DNA of 64,000 nt. Source: an uncultured Flavobacteriales bacterium (GTDB taxonomy: Bacteria > Bacteroidota > Bacteroidia > Flavobacteriales_F > PHOS-HE28). Location: assembly GCA_963814325.1 (NCBI GenBank), contig CAWFCK010000005.1, positions 131,383 to 195,382 of the forward strand, in the 5' to 3' direction. Below, piece by piece: positions 17,448 to 27,710 of the stretch; positions within the stretch are counted from its first letter, which is position 1, and every line of letters begins with the position of its first letter. Both the position numbers and the translations under genes were made by a program. Under the pieces are notes generated by a model that saw nothing but the letters and a program-made list of their open reading frames with translations, made no database searches and was not told where the DNA came from.

Positions 17448-19267
17448 ATGTCCGACATCATCCGCCTGCTGCCCGACCATGTGGCCAACCAGATCGCCGC
17501 GGGCGAGGTGGTGCAGCGTCCGGCCAGCGTGGTGAAGGAACTGCTGGAGAACAGCGTGGATGCGGGCGCCACGAACATCATCCTCGTGGTGAAGGACGCC
17601 GGACGCAGCCTGATCCAGGTGACCGACGATGGCCAGGGCATGACGCCCACCGATGCGCGCTTGAGCTTCGAGCGCCACGCCACCAGCAAGATCCGCAGCG
17701 CCGACGACCTCTCCGTGGTGCGCACCAAGGGTTTCCGCGGCGAGGCGCTGGCCAGCATCGCGGCCATTGCGCAGGTGGAGCTGCGCACCCGGCGGCACGA
17801 GGACGAGTTGGGCACGCGGGTGCTGATCGAGGGCAGCCGTGTGAAGGCCCAGGAGACCGTGGCGTGCGCCGCAGGCACCAGCATCAGCGTGCGCAGCCTC
17901 TTCTACAACGTACCCGCACGCCGGCAATTCCTCAAGAGCGATCAGGTGGAACTGAAGCACGTGATCGACGAGTTCCAGCGCGTGGCCTTGGCGCATCCGG
18001 CCATCGCCTTCCAGCTGATCCACAACGAACAGGAAGTATTCCACCTGGCCGCGGGCAACGAGCGCCAGCGCATCGTGCATGTGTTCGGTCGCAAATACGA
18101 CGAGCGGCTGGTGCCGGTGGATGAGGCCACGGACTTCGTGCGGTGCAGGGCTTCGTGTGCAAGCCCGAGTTCGCCAAGCGCAGTCGCGGGGCGAGCAGTT
18201 CTTCTTCGTGAACAACCGCTTCATCCGCAGCAACTACCTGGAACACGCGATCCGCGCGGCCTACAACGAGCTGGTGGCGCGCGACAACTACCCGAGCTGG
18301 TTCCTCTTCATCGACATCGACCCGGCGTGGATCGACATCAACATCCACCCGACCAAAACGGAGATCAAGTTCCGCGACGACCGCACGGTGTACGCCATCA
18401 TGCACGCTGCGGTGCGCCGTGCACTGGGCCGCCACAACATCACGCCCAGCCTGGACTTCGAGCCGGAGCCCGCGATGCTGATGGCGGCAGGCATGCCCAA
18501 CGTGCCCACCGTAGCACCCATCACTCCAGCCCCGCGCGACGAATGGCGACCTTACGACCTGGGTCAGAAAGCCGCCGTGGGCGGCTGGCAGCAGCTGTTC
18601 GACCTGCCCGATGCCCCGCGCACGGTGCAGCACGACGAGGCCGTGCCCGGCCATGTGCCGCAGGATCGCGTGCTGCCCATGGGCGAGCAGGAGACCACCG
18701 GTGCACGTCCGGTGTTCCAGATCCACGGCCGCTATATCCTGTCGCAGTTGCGCACGGGCCTGGTGGTGATCGATCAGCAGCGGGCACACGAACGCATCCT
18801 CTACGAACGCGCCATGCGCTCGCTGGAAAAAGGCCAGGGCAGCAGCCAGGCACAGCTCTTCCCCGTTACCGTGGAACTGAACGCTGCGGATCATGCGCTG
18901 CTGTTGGGCATCATTCCGGAGCTTACCGCGTTGGGGTTTCAGCTCGAACCATTGAGCGGGCGAAGCGTTGCAGTGAATGGTCTACCAGCAGAGAGCGGCG
19001 ATGAGGATCCCGGCGAAACTGCTGGAGCAACTGCTGGAACAGGTGAAGAACGAGCGCGGAACCTTGAAGGCCGAACGACACGCCACCCTTGCGCGCGGCA
19101 TGGCCCGCAGCCTGGCCTGGCGTAACGACAAGCGCATGAGCACGGAAGCCATGCACGACCTCATCGACCGTTTGTTCGCGTGTGAAATGCCCTACTTCAC
19201 CCCCGGGGGCAGTCCCGTGCTGATCACGTGGACCCTCCAGGAACTGGACGAGCGCTTCCAACGATGA
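17448..19267 (+). CDS. mutL: DNA mismatch repair protein MutL; three apparent 1-nt frame disruptions (about 18142, 18190, 19010)
   Basis: N-terminus [40 protein letters not shown] (GHKL ATPase) in ORF 17409... The middle part [11 protein letters not shown]...[14 protein letters not shown] is in ORF 18079... The C-terminal dimerisation part ...[17 protein letters not shown] is in ORF 18977..19267. Confidence 0.92.
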
Positions 19268-20067
19268 TGCGCGGATACGGCTCGGGCTTCACGATCGGGT
19301 TCCAACCGGTGATCACCAACCTGATCATCATCAACGCGCTGTTGTACCTGCTGAAGGCCACGTTGATGCCCGAGCTGCTGGACCAGCACTTGGGCCTGTA
19401 CAACTTCAGCTCGCCGAACTTCCGGCCGTGGCAGCTGCTCACGCACATGTTCATGCACGCCGACTTCGGGCATTTGCTGGGTAACATGTTCGGCCTGTTC
19501 ATGTTCGGCAACACACTGGAGCGATTGTGGGGACCGCAGCGCTTGTTGTTCTACTACCTGGCAACGGGTCTGGGCGCGGCCTTCCTGCAGGAAGGGGTGA
19601 ACGCCTGGGAGTTCCATCAGCACATGGCCCAGCTGGCGCCTTACGGATTCAGTGTAAGCGACATCCAGCACCTCAGCCGTTTGCCCATGGACAAGGAGTT
19701 CATGATGAACGCGTTGCAGGAGCTTTACGAACGAAGCGGAGTAACGGATCAGATGGCAGCCGATGTGATGGGCGGCCAGGTCATGTCGGCCGCGGGCGAT
19801 CTGCTCGGCCCCATGATCGGTGCAAGCGGTGCGGTGTTCGGCATCCTCATCGGCTTCGGCATGATGCTGCCCAACGAGGTCATCTACGCGCCCGGCCTGT
19901 TCATTCCCCTGAAGGCCAAATACGTGGTGGCGATCTACGGACTGATCGAGCTCTTCCAGGGTGTGCGTCCAATGGCCGGCGACAGTGTGGCGCACTACGC
20001 CCACCTCGGAGGCATGATCTTTGGGTATCTGTTGATGCGCTATTGGAAGCGTACAACGATCTTGTGA
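19264..20067 (+). CDS. rhomboid-family intramembrane serine protease
   Basis: ATG 19264 overlaps the mutL stop (ATGA). Motifs HMFMHADFGHLLGNM, GASGAVFG and HLGGMIFG are present. Confidence 0.9.
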   Translation: MMRGYGSGFTIGFQPVITNLIIINALLYLLKATLMPELLDQHLGLYNFSSPNFRPWQLLTHMFMHADFGHLLGNMFGLFMFGNTLERLWGPQRLLFYYLATGLGAAFLQEGVNAWEFHQHMAQLAPYGFSVSDIQHLSRLPMDKEFMMNALQELYERSGVTDQMAADVMGGQVMSAAGDLLGPMIGASGAVFGILIGFGMMLPNEVIYAPGLFIPLKAKYVVAIYGLIELFQGVRPMAGDSVAHYAHLGGMIFGYLLMRYWKRTTIL

Positions 20068-20080
20068 CGGCAGAAAGACG

Positions 20081-20992
20081 ATGGCGATCCGCAGCGAACT
20101 GACCTCCCAATGGCGCATCGGCGGCACACTTGTGCGGCTGATCCTGGTGAACGTGGCCGTTTTCCTGGCGATGCTCGTGGTGGACCTGGTGTTGCTTTTC
20201 GTGTTGCAGAACAAAGCGATGGCGGCGGAAGCGGGCCACACATACATGCGCCAGTGGATCGAATGTCCACAGGACCTGCGCCTCTTGATCACACGACCAT
20301 GGACGGTGGTCACGTACATGTTCGCGCATAGCGGCATCGGGCACATCTTCTTCAACATGCTCATGCTCTGGTTCTCGGGGCAATTGTTCCAGAACATCCT
20401 TGGCGACAAGCGGCTCCTGGGCACGTACATCCTCGGCGGCTTCAGCGGACTGCTGCTGTACCTGGTCTTCTACAATTTGATGCCCATGTACAACGGTGGC
20501 AGCTGGATCGTGGGGGCCAGCGCGAGCGTGATGGCGATCCTGGTGTGCATCGCCGCTTACCGTCCGCAAATGGTGGTACACCTCCTGCTCTTCGGTCCGG
20601 TAAAACTGATGTACATCGCAGGTGTGTTGCTGGTGATGGACCTGGTGTTCCTGCGCGATGGCGACAACAGCGGAGGGCACATAGCGCACCTGGGCGGCGC
20701 ACTGTATGGTTTTCTGGCCGCGCGCGGACTTGATCGCGGACGGGACTGGAGCATGTCCTTCACCAACGGGCTTGAGCGTATCGCGGACTTCGTGACACGC
20801 CGCAAGAAAGGGCGGATGCGCGTGGTAACACCCGTACGTCGCCGCGTCATGGTGGATGCCGACCAGGGCGTGCCACGGACGGACAAACAGGCGCGCGTGG
20901 ATGCCATCCTCGACAAGATCTCCCGCTCCGGCTATGACAGCCTAAGCAAGGAGGAGCGCGACTTCCTCTTCAAGGCCAGCAAGGACAAATGA
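20081..20992 (+). CDS. rhomboid-family intramembrane serine protease (second copy, extended C-terminus)
   Basis: Motifs YMFAHSGIGHIFFNM, GASASVMA and HLGGALYG are present. The C-terminal tail is basic. Confidence 0.9.
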   Translation: MAIRSELTSQWRIGGTLVRLILVNVAVFLAMLVVDLVLLFVLQNKAMAAEAGHTYMRQWIECPQDLRLLITRPWTVVTYMFAHSGIGHIFFNMLMLWFSGQLFQNILGDKRLLGTYILGGFSGLLLYLVFYNLMPMYNGGSWIVGASASVMAILVCIAAYRPQMVVHLLLFGPVKLMYIAGVLLVMDLVFLRDGDNSGGHIAHLGGALYGFLAARGLDRGRDWSMSFTNGLERIADFVTRRKKGRMRVVTPVRRRVMVDADQGVPRTDKQARVDAILDKISRSGYDSLSKEERDFLFKASKDK

Positions 20993-22142
20993 GCGGGTCG
21001 GCCGATGACGTATCCGCCAAGCGGAGGCCGAGCCGCTGGCATGGGCCGTTCTGGCTGCTCAATGGACTGGCCGTGATCGCCTTGCTGCTGGCGTACCTGA
21101 GCATCCACATCAGTCCGCGCACCTTCTGGCCGATCGCCTTCTTCGGCATGGCCTACCCGTTCATACTCGGTGCCAACGTGCTCTTTCTCCTGTGGTGGGC
21201 CATTTTTCGGCGGAAACGCATGATCCCCTCGCTGGTGGCCATGCTGCTCGGTTGGGTGTACATGGGCGAATACATCCAGCTCATGGGCCATCGCGATCAG
21301 CCAAAGGACATCCACGCCCCCTTCAAGGTGATGAGCTGGAACGTGCGGATCTTCGACCTGTACAACTGGAACCACAACAAGCGCACGCGGGAGGAGATGC
21401 TCGACCTGATCCGGGTGGAGGACCCGATATCCTGTGCATGCAGGAATTCCTCAACGAGGACAAGGGCGAAGATCCTCCGGTACGTGAACAACTGCTGAAG
21501 GACTATCGCTTCACCCATTCCGCCGAGGAATACACGGCCCACACACGCAGCGGCCATCACTTCGGCATCGCCACCTTCAGCACAAGGCCCATCGTGGCCA
21601 AGGGCGCGATCCACTTCCCCGATGACCTGAACAACCTGTGCTTGTGGACGGATATCCAGGTGGGCGGCGATACGGTGCGGGTGTACAATGCACATCTGGC
21701 GAGCCTGCGCTTCGGGCGTGCGGATTACCGGTTCATGGAAAAGGTCGGCAGTGGTGAAAGTCAGCCGGATCTGGGCACCGGTGGGCGCAGGATCGCGCGC
21801 CGGTTGAAGAGCGGATTCCAGCGAAGGGCCTTGCAGACGGAGACCATCGTAAAGCACATGCGCACCAGCCCCCACCCCGTGATCTGGGGGGGCGACATGA
21901 ATGATGTTCCGATGAGCTACAGCTACCACCAGCTGCGTGAACTTGGTCTGGAGGATGCCTTCGTGGAGAGCGGCCGCGGTGTGGGACACACCTACATCGG
22001 CGCCTTTCCCAGCTTCCGCATCGACCACATCCTGCGGGGTCCTGAACTGCGTTCATGGGCGTTCCAGACCCTGCCCGATGAGCTCAGCGATCACCGCCCC
22101 ATCACCTGTTGGATGGGTTTACAGGCGCCACCTTCACCGTAA
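20989..22142 (+). CDS. endonuclease/exonuclease/phosphatase (EEP) family membrane protein; 1-nt frame disruption near 21426
   Basis: ORF 20989..21498 has N-terminal TM helices, then FKVMSWNVRIFDLYNW...LIRVEDP. ORF 21192..22142 continues DILCMQEF...VYNAHLAS...GGDMNDVP...SDHRPI. The start overlaps the upstream stop (ATGA). Confidence 0.85.
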
Positions 22143-22152
22143 GCGCATACCC

Positions 22153-23025
22153 TCAATGCCCGCCGGCGAGCCCTGCTGGCGCAACCGAATAGCCATGGTT
22201 GCGAAGGAGTTGCAGGATGCCCTCGGACCCGGGCAGGTGTGCGGCACCTACTGCCGCGAAAACGCGTTGACCTGCCCTGATCTGGGCATCCAGGCGTTCG
22301 GCCATGCGGAAATTGCGCTCCATCAACAAGGCCTTGTCCGCGTGCTCCGGCAGGCCATCGCGCTCCAACAAGACCATAAGCGCATTCAGGTCATGTGCGG
22401 CATATGCGTCCAACGCAGCCGTGATCGAACTACGCGCATCCTTTTCCCGTAGCACGTTCAACAAGAGCCTGGCCTGATCGGTCAACGGGATCCGCTCCAC
22501 AGCGCGCAGTTGCTCGGCCACCGTTTCCAGCCCGATCACCTTTTTACCGCGCTGCACTGCACGCTCCTGCAACCAAGCGTCCAACACCGTCGCGCTATCG
22601 CCATTCATCTCCATCTCGGTGAGCATGGCGATGATGTAGAAGGGACGGAGCTTCGTGCAGAGCGGTGCCAATGGTCCGAGCTTCTCCTTCAGCGCAGCGG
22701 CCACCAGCTTGTATTCACGCTTGCTGTAGAGCGCATCCAACGATCGTCCGTTCGGAAGGAACATGGCATTGGCCAGCGAAGGGCTCATGCGTTCGGTCTC
22801 CTCCAGCTCCAGCTCGCCGGCGATCACTTCGCAACGGTCAAAGAAGAAGAGCGTGCTATCCTGTAACGTGAAAGCACGCGCATCACGGCTGTGCAACGTG
22901 CCATAGATGAAGGAGGTATCCGGAGATCCGGTGCGCGTGATCCGCCACAACAGGGAGTTGGGGATCGGCTGCGGAAAAGCATGGAGCGCGAAAGCGCAGA
23001 GGAAGGCCAGCGTAACATTGCGCAC
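22153..23025 (-). CDS. TraB/GumN family protein
   Basis: GTG start and a signal-like N-terminus. Motifs LLWRITRTGSPDTSFIYGTLHS and FAAVGAAHLPGSEGILQLLRNHGYSV are characteristic. Confidence 0.85.
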   Translation of the reverse strand: MRNVTLAFLCAFALHAFPQPIPNSLLWRITRTGSPDTSFIYGTLHSRDARAFTLQDSTLFFFDRCEVIAGELELEETERMSPSLANAMFLPNGRSLDALYSKREYKLVAAALKEKLGPLAPLCTKLRPFYIIAMLTEMEMNGDSATVLDAWLQERAVQRGKKVIGLETVAEQLRAVERIPLTDQARLLLNVLREKDARSSITAALDAYAAHDLNALMVLLERDGLPEHADKALLMERNFRMAERLDAQIRAGQRVFAAVGAAHLPGSEGILQLLRNHGYSVAPAGLAGGH

Positions 23026-23346
23026 CCCCGCAAGATAACGTGGGGGGCGTGCCGCTCAGGTCAAAGGACCAGGTACGCGAGGCAGAAGAGGGTGGCGGAC
23101 AGAACGGCGCTGATGATACCGCTGGTCAAGATCAACGTGGAGCGGCTGGCCGAAGTGGAGCGTGGCATCATGTGGTTCATCTGGAGCAACAAGAAGACGG
23201 CGCTGGTACGGGAGGGTTGCCACGAATGTTCATATTTCCTGACCGTTCGTTATGGCCTGGGAGCCCTCCCTGGGCCGGTTGCTTCCCATTACGTCGCACA
23301 AGGCGGCGGCCCCTCTGTTCCAAGGGATACTACATCATACTGACGA

Positions 23347-25509
23347 TCAGTACGTTACAAGCCTGGCAACAGCCGATCCGTCGGCGTTCCGAACCCGCAT
23401 CAGGTAGGAACCCGGGGCCAGACCAAGCACCGAGAATTCTTCGCCCTGAGCTACCCTGACGGTCATGGCGGTGCGTCCGTCCACAGTAAGCACCTCCACC
23501 CATACGGGACTACTGGTTCCCTGCGGAAGCACCAGGCGAACGCGATCATGGGCGGGGTTCGGGAACAGGGTTAAATGCTGCTGCTTCCCGTCTTCGCCGG
23601 GACCTTCGGCCTGCCCTGTGCTGAACTCCGCCACCAGCACGCTCGGCTCGGTGATCACCGGCGGATTGAAGTCGAAATAGATGTTGGCGATGTTCTCGAT
23701 CACCGTTCCGGCCAGCAGGGGGAGTTGGGGGCGTATACGGAAGCCCACTGCGCCATGGCTCGCGGCCTCATTCGTTCCACTATCCGGAAGCTGGATGTTC
23801 GCGAAGCGCCACTCCACCACCCTATCCGTCTTGAAGCTTACCTCGAAGGAATGCGATGCCGCGCCTTGCTCGAAGCTGGCCATGTCCAGTTCAGCTGGCA
23901 ACGTGTCGGTGATCACGACGTCAATGGCCGAGGCCGTCCCGGTGTTCTGGAAGCGAATGGTGTAGTCGATCCACTCGTCCGCATCGATGTAGTAGAACGA
24001 ATTGCTGAAGCCGCTGCTTGTAGCCGCTGTTTTGTCATTCGGATCGTAGCTCCCGATGACAGTGGCCTGCACGATGGTGGTATTGTTCGCGAGTGTGCTC
24101 TCCGTAAGGGTATTACTTGCACTCACGGTGCTCGTGAGCATTGTACCCAACGGCGTAGCCGCAGGAACCGTGAACGTCGCGTTGAATTCGGTCTGATCGA
24201 AAGAGGTGAGCGGACCGAAGTTCCACGTGATGGTGTTACCGGATACGCTTGTCGGCATGGGCGTGCCGTTGAGGTAGATCAATGCCGGGTCGAAGGACGC
24301 CGTAACGGTCACTGGTCCGCTCACCTGTGGCGTGTGGTTGCGCACTGATCCACTGAACGAATAGGCAAAGCCCGGCCGGGCAACGCCTTGCACCGTATGA
24401 AGCGAAAGGTCCAATGGCACCGTGCTTCCATTGGCGAGATCAACAGCTGGATCTGATGAGTTCACTACAAAGGGCACTGGTTGCGTGCCCGGGCAATAAT
24501 GGATCAGCGTGGGATCCAACTGCGCCATGGTGTACGAACCATTCCCGATGTTGAAGTCATATGTGCCGTCGCTGTTGGTGAGCACATAGAGTTCACCGGG
24601 CTCAATGAGGAGCACGCTGTATGGAATACCCACCTCGCCCTGGTCGCGCACACAATCGGCGTCGAGGTCATACCAACTGGTGCCGTGCACATTGCCGCAG
24701 TTCGGGCTCAGGTCGGGCACGGTGAAGCTGCTGTAGATGGGCGTGCAGGAATTCAACATGGACCAGGTCCAGAACTGCATGATGGTGTAATCGTCCGGTA
24801 ACAGGTCCGGAACAAGCTCACTGGTGACCTGGTCATAATTATAGACCTGTTGTCCGAGGGAATTGGTGATCACGATGTGCGCCGGCCAATCAAAGTTGTT
24901 GTCCAGCACCACGCTCCCGTTCGCCCCGTTGCATGCAGCCACGATGTCCGTCACGGTGATGGGGGTCCCGGCTGGTCCTTGCATCACATTACTGCTCGAA
25001 CCGGAACATCCGCCCGCATCAGAGGCGCTCCACCGAAAACTGCATCACCGCCGCCAGATCCGGAGTAGATCTGGATCGCCCTGCCCATTCGTTCCGCTCG
25101 GAGAAGCAGGTGACCCGTTGATGTACACCGAGATGTTGTACGGCGGTATTCCATTGAACATGCTCTGAAGCACCACGAAGCTCCCGTCGCTCTCACCGGG
25201 GCACGCGAAACCTCCAGCGAAGGTGGTCTGCACGAAGAGCGGCCCGCCCTCTACCGTTCCGCTCCAGATACCTGTACCGCCAACATTGTCCGTGACCATC
25301 ACGGAATAGTTGCCAGCGGCCAAGCCCGTTCGGTCATCGGTCGTAGGGCCGTCGGCCCATGCGTACGTGTACGGGGATATGCCCCCATTGACCGAAATGT
25401 CGATGGCGCCTGTGTTGTTGCCACAGGTGGTGGCAATAGAATATCCTGAAACACTGAAGGCCGAAGCCGAAAGCGGAGCAAGCAACAGGCCTAGTAGAAT
25501 CGATCTCAT
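23347..25509 (-). CDS. T9SS-sorted adhesin-like surface protein, paralog P1 (SprB-type repeat, DUF11/CARDB-like domain, conserved GSYDPNDK module, T9SS CTD); two frame disruptions near 25078 and 25025
   Basis: ORF 25045..25509 has the signal peptide MRSILLGLLLAPLSASA and the repeat TCGNNTGAIDISVNGGISPYTYAW. ORFs 24984..25196 and 23347..24987 continue the protein after 1-nt shifts. The CTD is LFPNPAHDRVRLVL...SAVARLVTY. Confidence 0.8.
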
Positions 25510-25512
25510 GCC

Positions 25513-27706
25513 TTAGTGTTTGATCAGTCGAGTTCGAAGGAGTTCGCCAGATGCAGAAGTGGCCACAACGAAGTAAGTACCGGGAGCGAGTGTTGTCGCG
25601 TCGATCAGGATAGAGGACGAACCCGCTGCGCTATCGTGCAGGACGAGCCTGGCGTCCGCTGAGAGGAGTTGCATCGATGTGATGTTCCCATCGGGAATAC
25701 GAACTGTGAATGATCCGTTCGCCGGGTTGGGGAACACTTCCAAGCCGCTTTCGGCTGCAATGTCCGCCACTCCCGTACTGAATTCCGCAACTAGCACGCT
25801 CGGCTCGGTGATCACCGGCGGATTGAAGTCGAAGTAGATGTTGGCGGTGTTGCTGATCACGGTACCGGCCAGCACCGGCAGCGCGGGCTTGATCCTGAAC
25901 TTCACCAGCCCGTGGCTCGCAGGCTCGTTCACGCTGCTGTCCGGTAGCAGGATGTCTGCGAAGGTCCACTCCACCATCCGGCCAGGCTTGAACTCCACCT
26001 CGAATGCATGCGAGGCCAGGCCTTGCTGGAAGCTGGCCATGTCCAGCTCTGCAGCCAACGTGTCCGTGATCACTACGGTGAACGCCGTGTCCGTGCCGGT
26101 GTTCTGGAAGCGCACCACGTAATCGATCCACTCATCCTGATCAATGAAGAACTGGGAGGTGCTCCCGCTTGCATCGGCCGTGCCCACCTTGTCGTTGGGG
26201 TCATAGCTGCCTGTTACCAGCAGCGCTGCGGCAGCCGTGTTGTTGGCCAGGTCGCCTTCCATTGCCACACAACTTACATTCAAGGTGGTTGACAGCGGCG
26301 TGCCGATCGTTGTACCAGCCGGCACGAGCACCTGCACAGAGAAACTGTAACCGCTGAGCGGCGCCAACGCGGGCAGGTTCCAGGTCAGGGTGTTCCCGAC
26401 GACTGAGGATGGAACAGGCCAGGCACTTTGATACACGAGCACGGGATCCAACGCAAGCGTTGCTGTTACCGCGCCGGTGAGCTGCGGTGAGAGGTTGCGC
26501 ACCTCGCCCCAATAAGTGCCGTAAAACCCCGGTCGCATGGCATCGCACTCCAAGTCGGCCGCCACGTCCAAGGGAACGGTGCTGCTGCTGGCGAAGTGGA
26601 TCGCGATCTGGTTGGAGGCGATCGTGAAGGGTACCGGATCACTGGCCGGGCAGAGCTGCACGAGCGTGGGATCGGTCTGCGCCAGGGTGTAACTGCCATC
26701 CACCAGGTCGATGGAGTATGAACCATCCCCGCCGGTGATCGTGTACTGCGGGCCGGGGTCGATGGCCAGCACTTGGTAGGGCACCGGCAGGTCGTTCGCG
26801 TCCTGGGTGCAATCGCCATCGAAGTCGATGTACGTGGTGCCGCTCACCGAGCCGCAATCCGGGCCCAGCGAGGGTATGGTGAAGTCGATGCGGTCGTATG
26901 GATTGCCGTCGCAGTTGTAGGCCATATACACCCCGCTCGGATCCCAATCGCGCACCATGTGGTAATCGCCGGGTGGGAGGCCATTGAAGTTGATGGTGTT
27001 CGCCGCGTTGAAGCCTCCTGACACATAATTCTCGGACGCATCGAGCAACGCGTAGTCGGGACCTCCGAAATAGCCGCCATCGTAGACATTTCCGATGACC
27101 GCTGTACCTCCTGCGCCGGTGGAGCACGAGCCTTGGATGTTCGACACGGTCATGTTCGGCCCGCCCAGGATCTGCGGGGCCATGAGGTATTGGGTGAGGA
27201 TGCCCGTGCAGCCGAAGGCATCCGTGACTTGGATCTGCACCGGATCTCCCGGCGAAACGCCGGAGACCTCGAAATAAGGATCGCCTTGCGGATCGAATCC
27301 GCTGGGCAGCGGCGAGTAGCTGTAGGGCGGCGTGCCGTTCGATCCCGAACTCGATCACCTGCACACGGCCGCTCATGGACCCGATGCAGCTGGAGTGTCC
27401 ATCCTGCGCGCTTGGCGGGGAATAGAGCGGTACCACGTTCAGGTTCCAGCCTTGCGTGGCCGTGGCGAAGACGGCATCCATCACGGTCAACTCGTAGTAG
27501 CCAGGTGCCAAGCCGGAGATGTTCTGCGTCGTCGCACCGTTATCCCACGAATAGGTGTAAGGTGGTGTGCCACCGGTCACCATCACGTTCAGATAACCAT
27601 CCGGCGCCACACAACTGGGCATGCCATAGGAGATCAGCTCGATGGTGATGGCGTGCACCGGTTGGTAGCATGCAAGCAGGCAAATGGCAGCGTGGGTGAT
27701 CCGCAT
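25513..27706 (-). CDS. T9SS-sorted adhesin-like surface protein, paralog P2; frame disruption near 27337
   Basis: ATG 27706 gives MRITHAAICLLACYQPVHA and the SprB-type repeat SCVAPDGYLNVMVTGGTPPYTYSW (ORF 26639..27898). After a shift it continues GTPPYSYSPLPSGFDP...VQIQVTDAFGC into ORF 25513..27240. The CTD is VFPNPANGSFTVRI...LLRTRLIKH. Confidence 0.8.
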
Positions 27707-27710
27707 GCGC

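Noticed and set aside
23061-23180. A 39-aa minus-strand ORF (MNHMMPRSTSASRSTLILTSGIISAVLSATLFCLAYLVL) with one hydrophobic helix, in the spacer upstream of the TraB/GumN gene.
   Set aside because: It is too short, and I can see no conservation evidence or recognisable start context. It could be a small membrane protein, but nothing beyond hydrophobicity supports it.
22891-23459. Plus-strand ORFs 22891..23343 and 23040..23459 between the TraB/GumN gene and P1.
   Set aside because: They overlap the 5' end of the TraB/GumN gene or the 3' end of P1 in antisense, have no motifs and are Arg/Gly-rich. They are most likely spurious.
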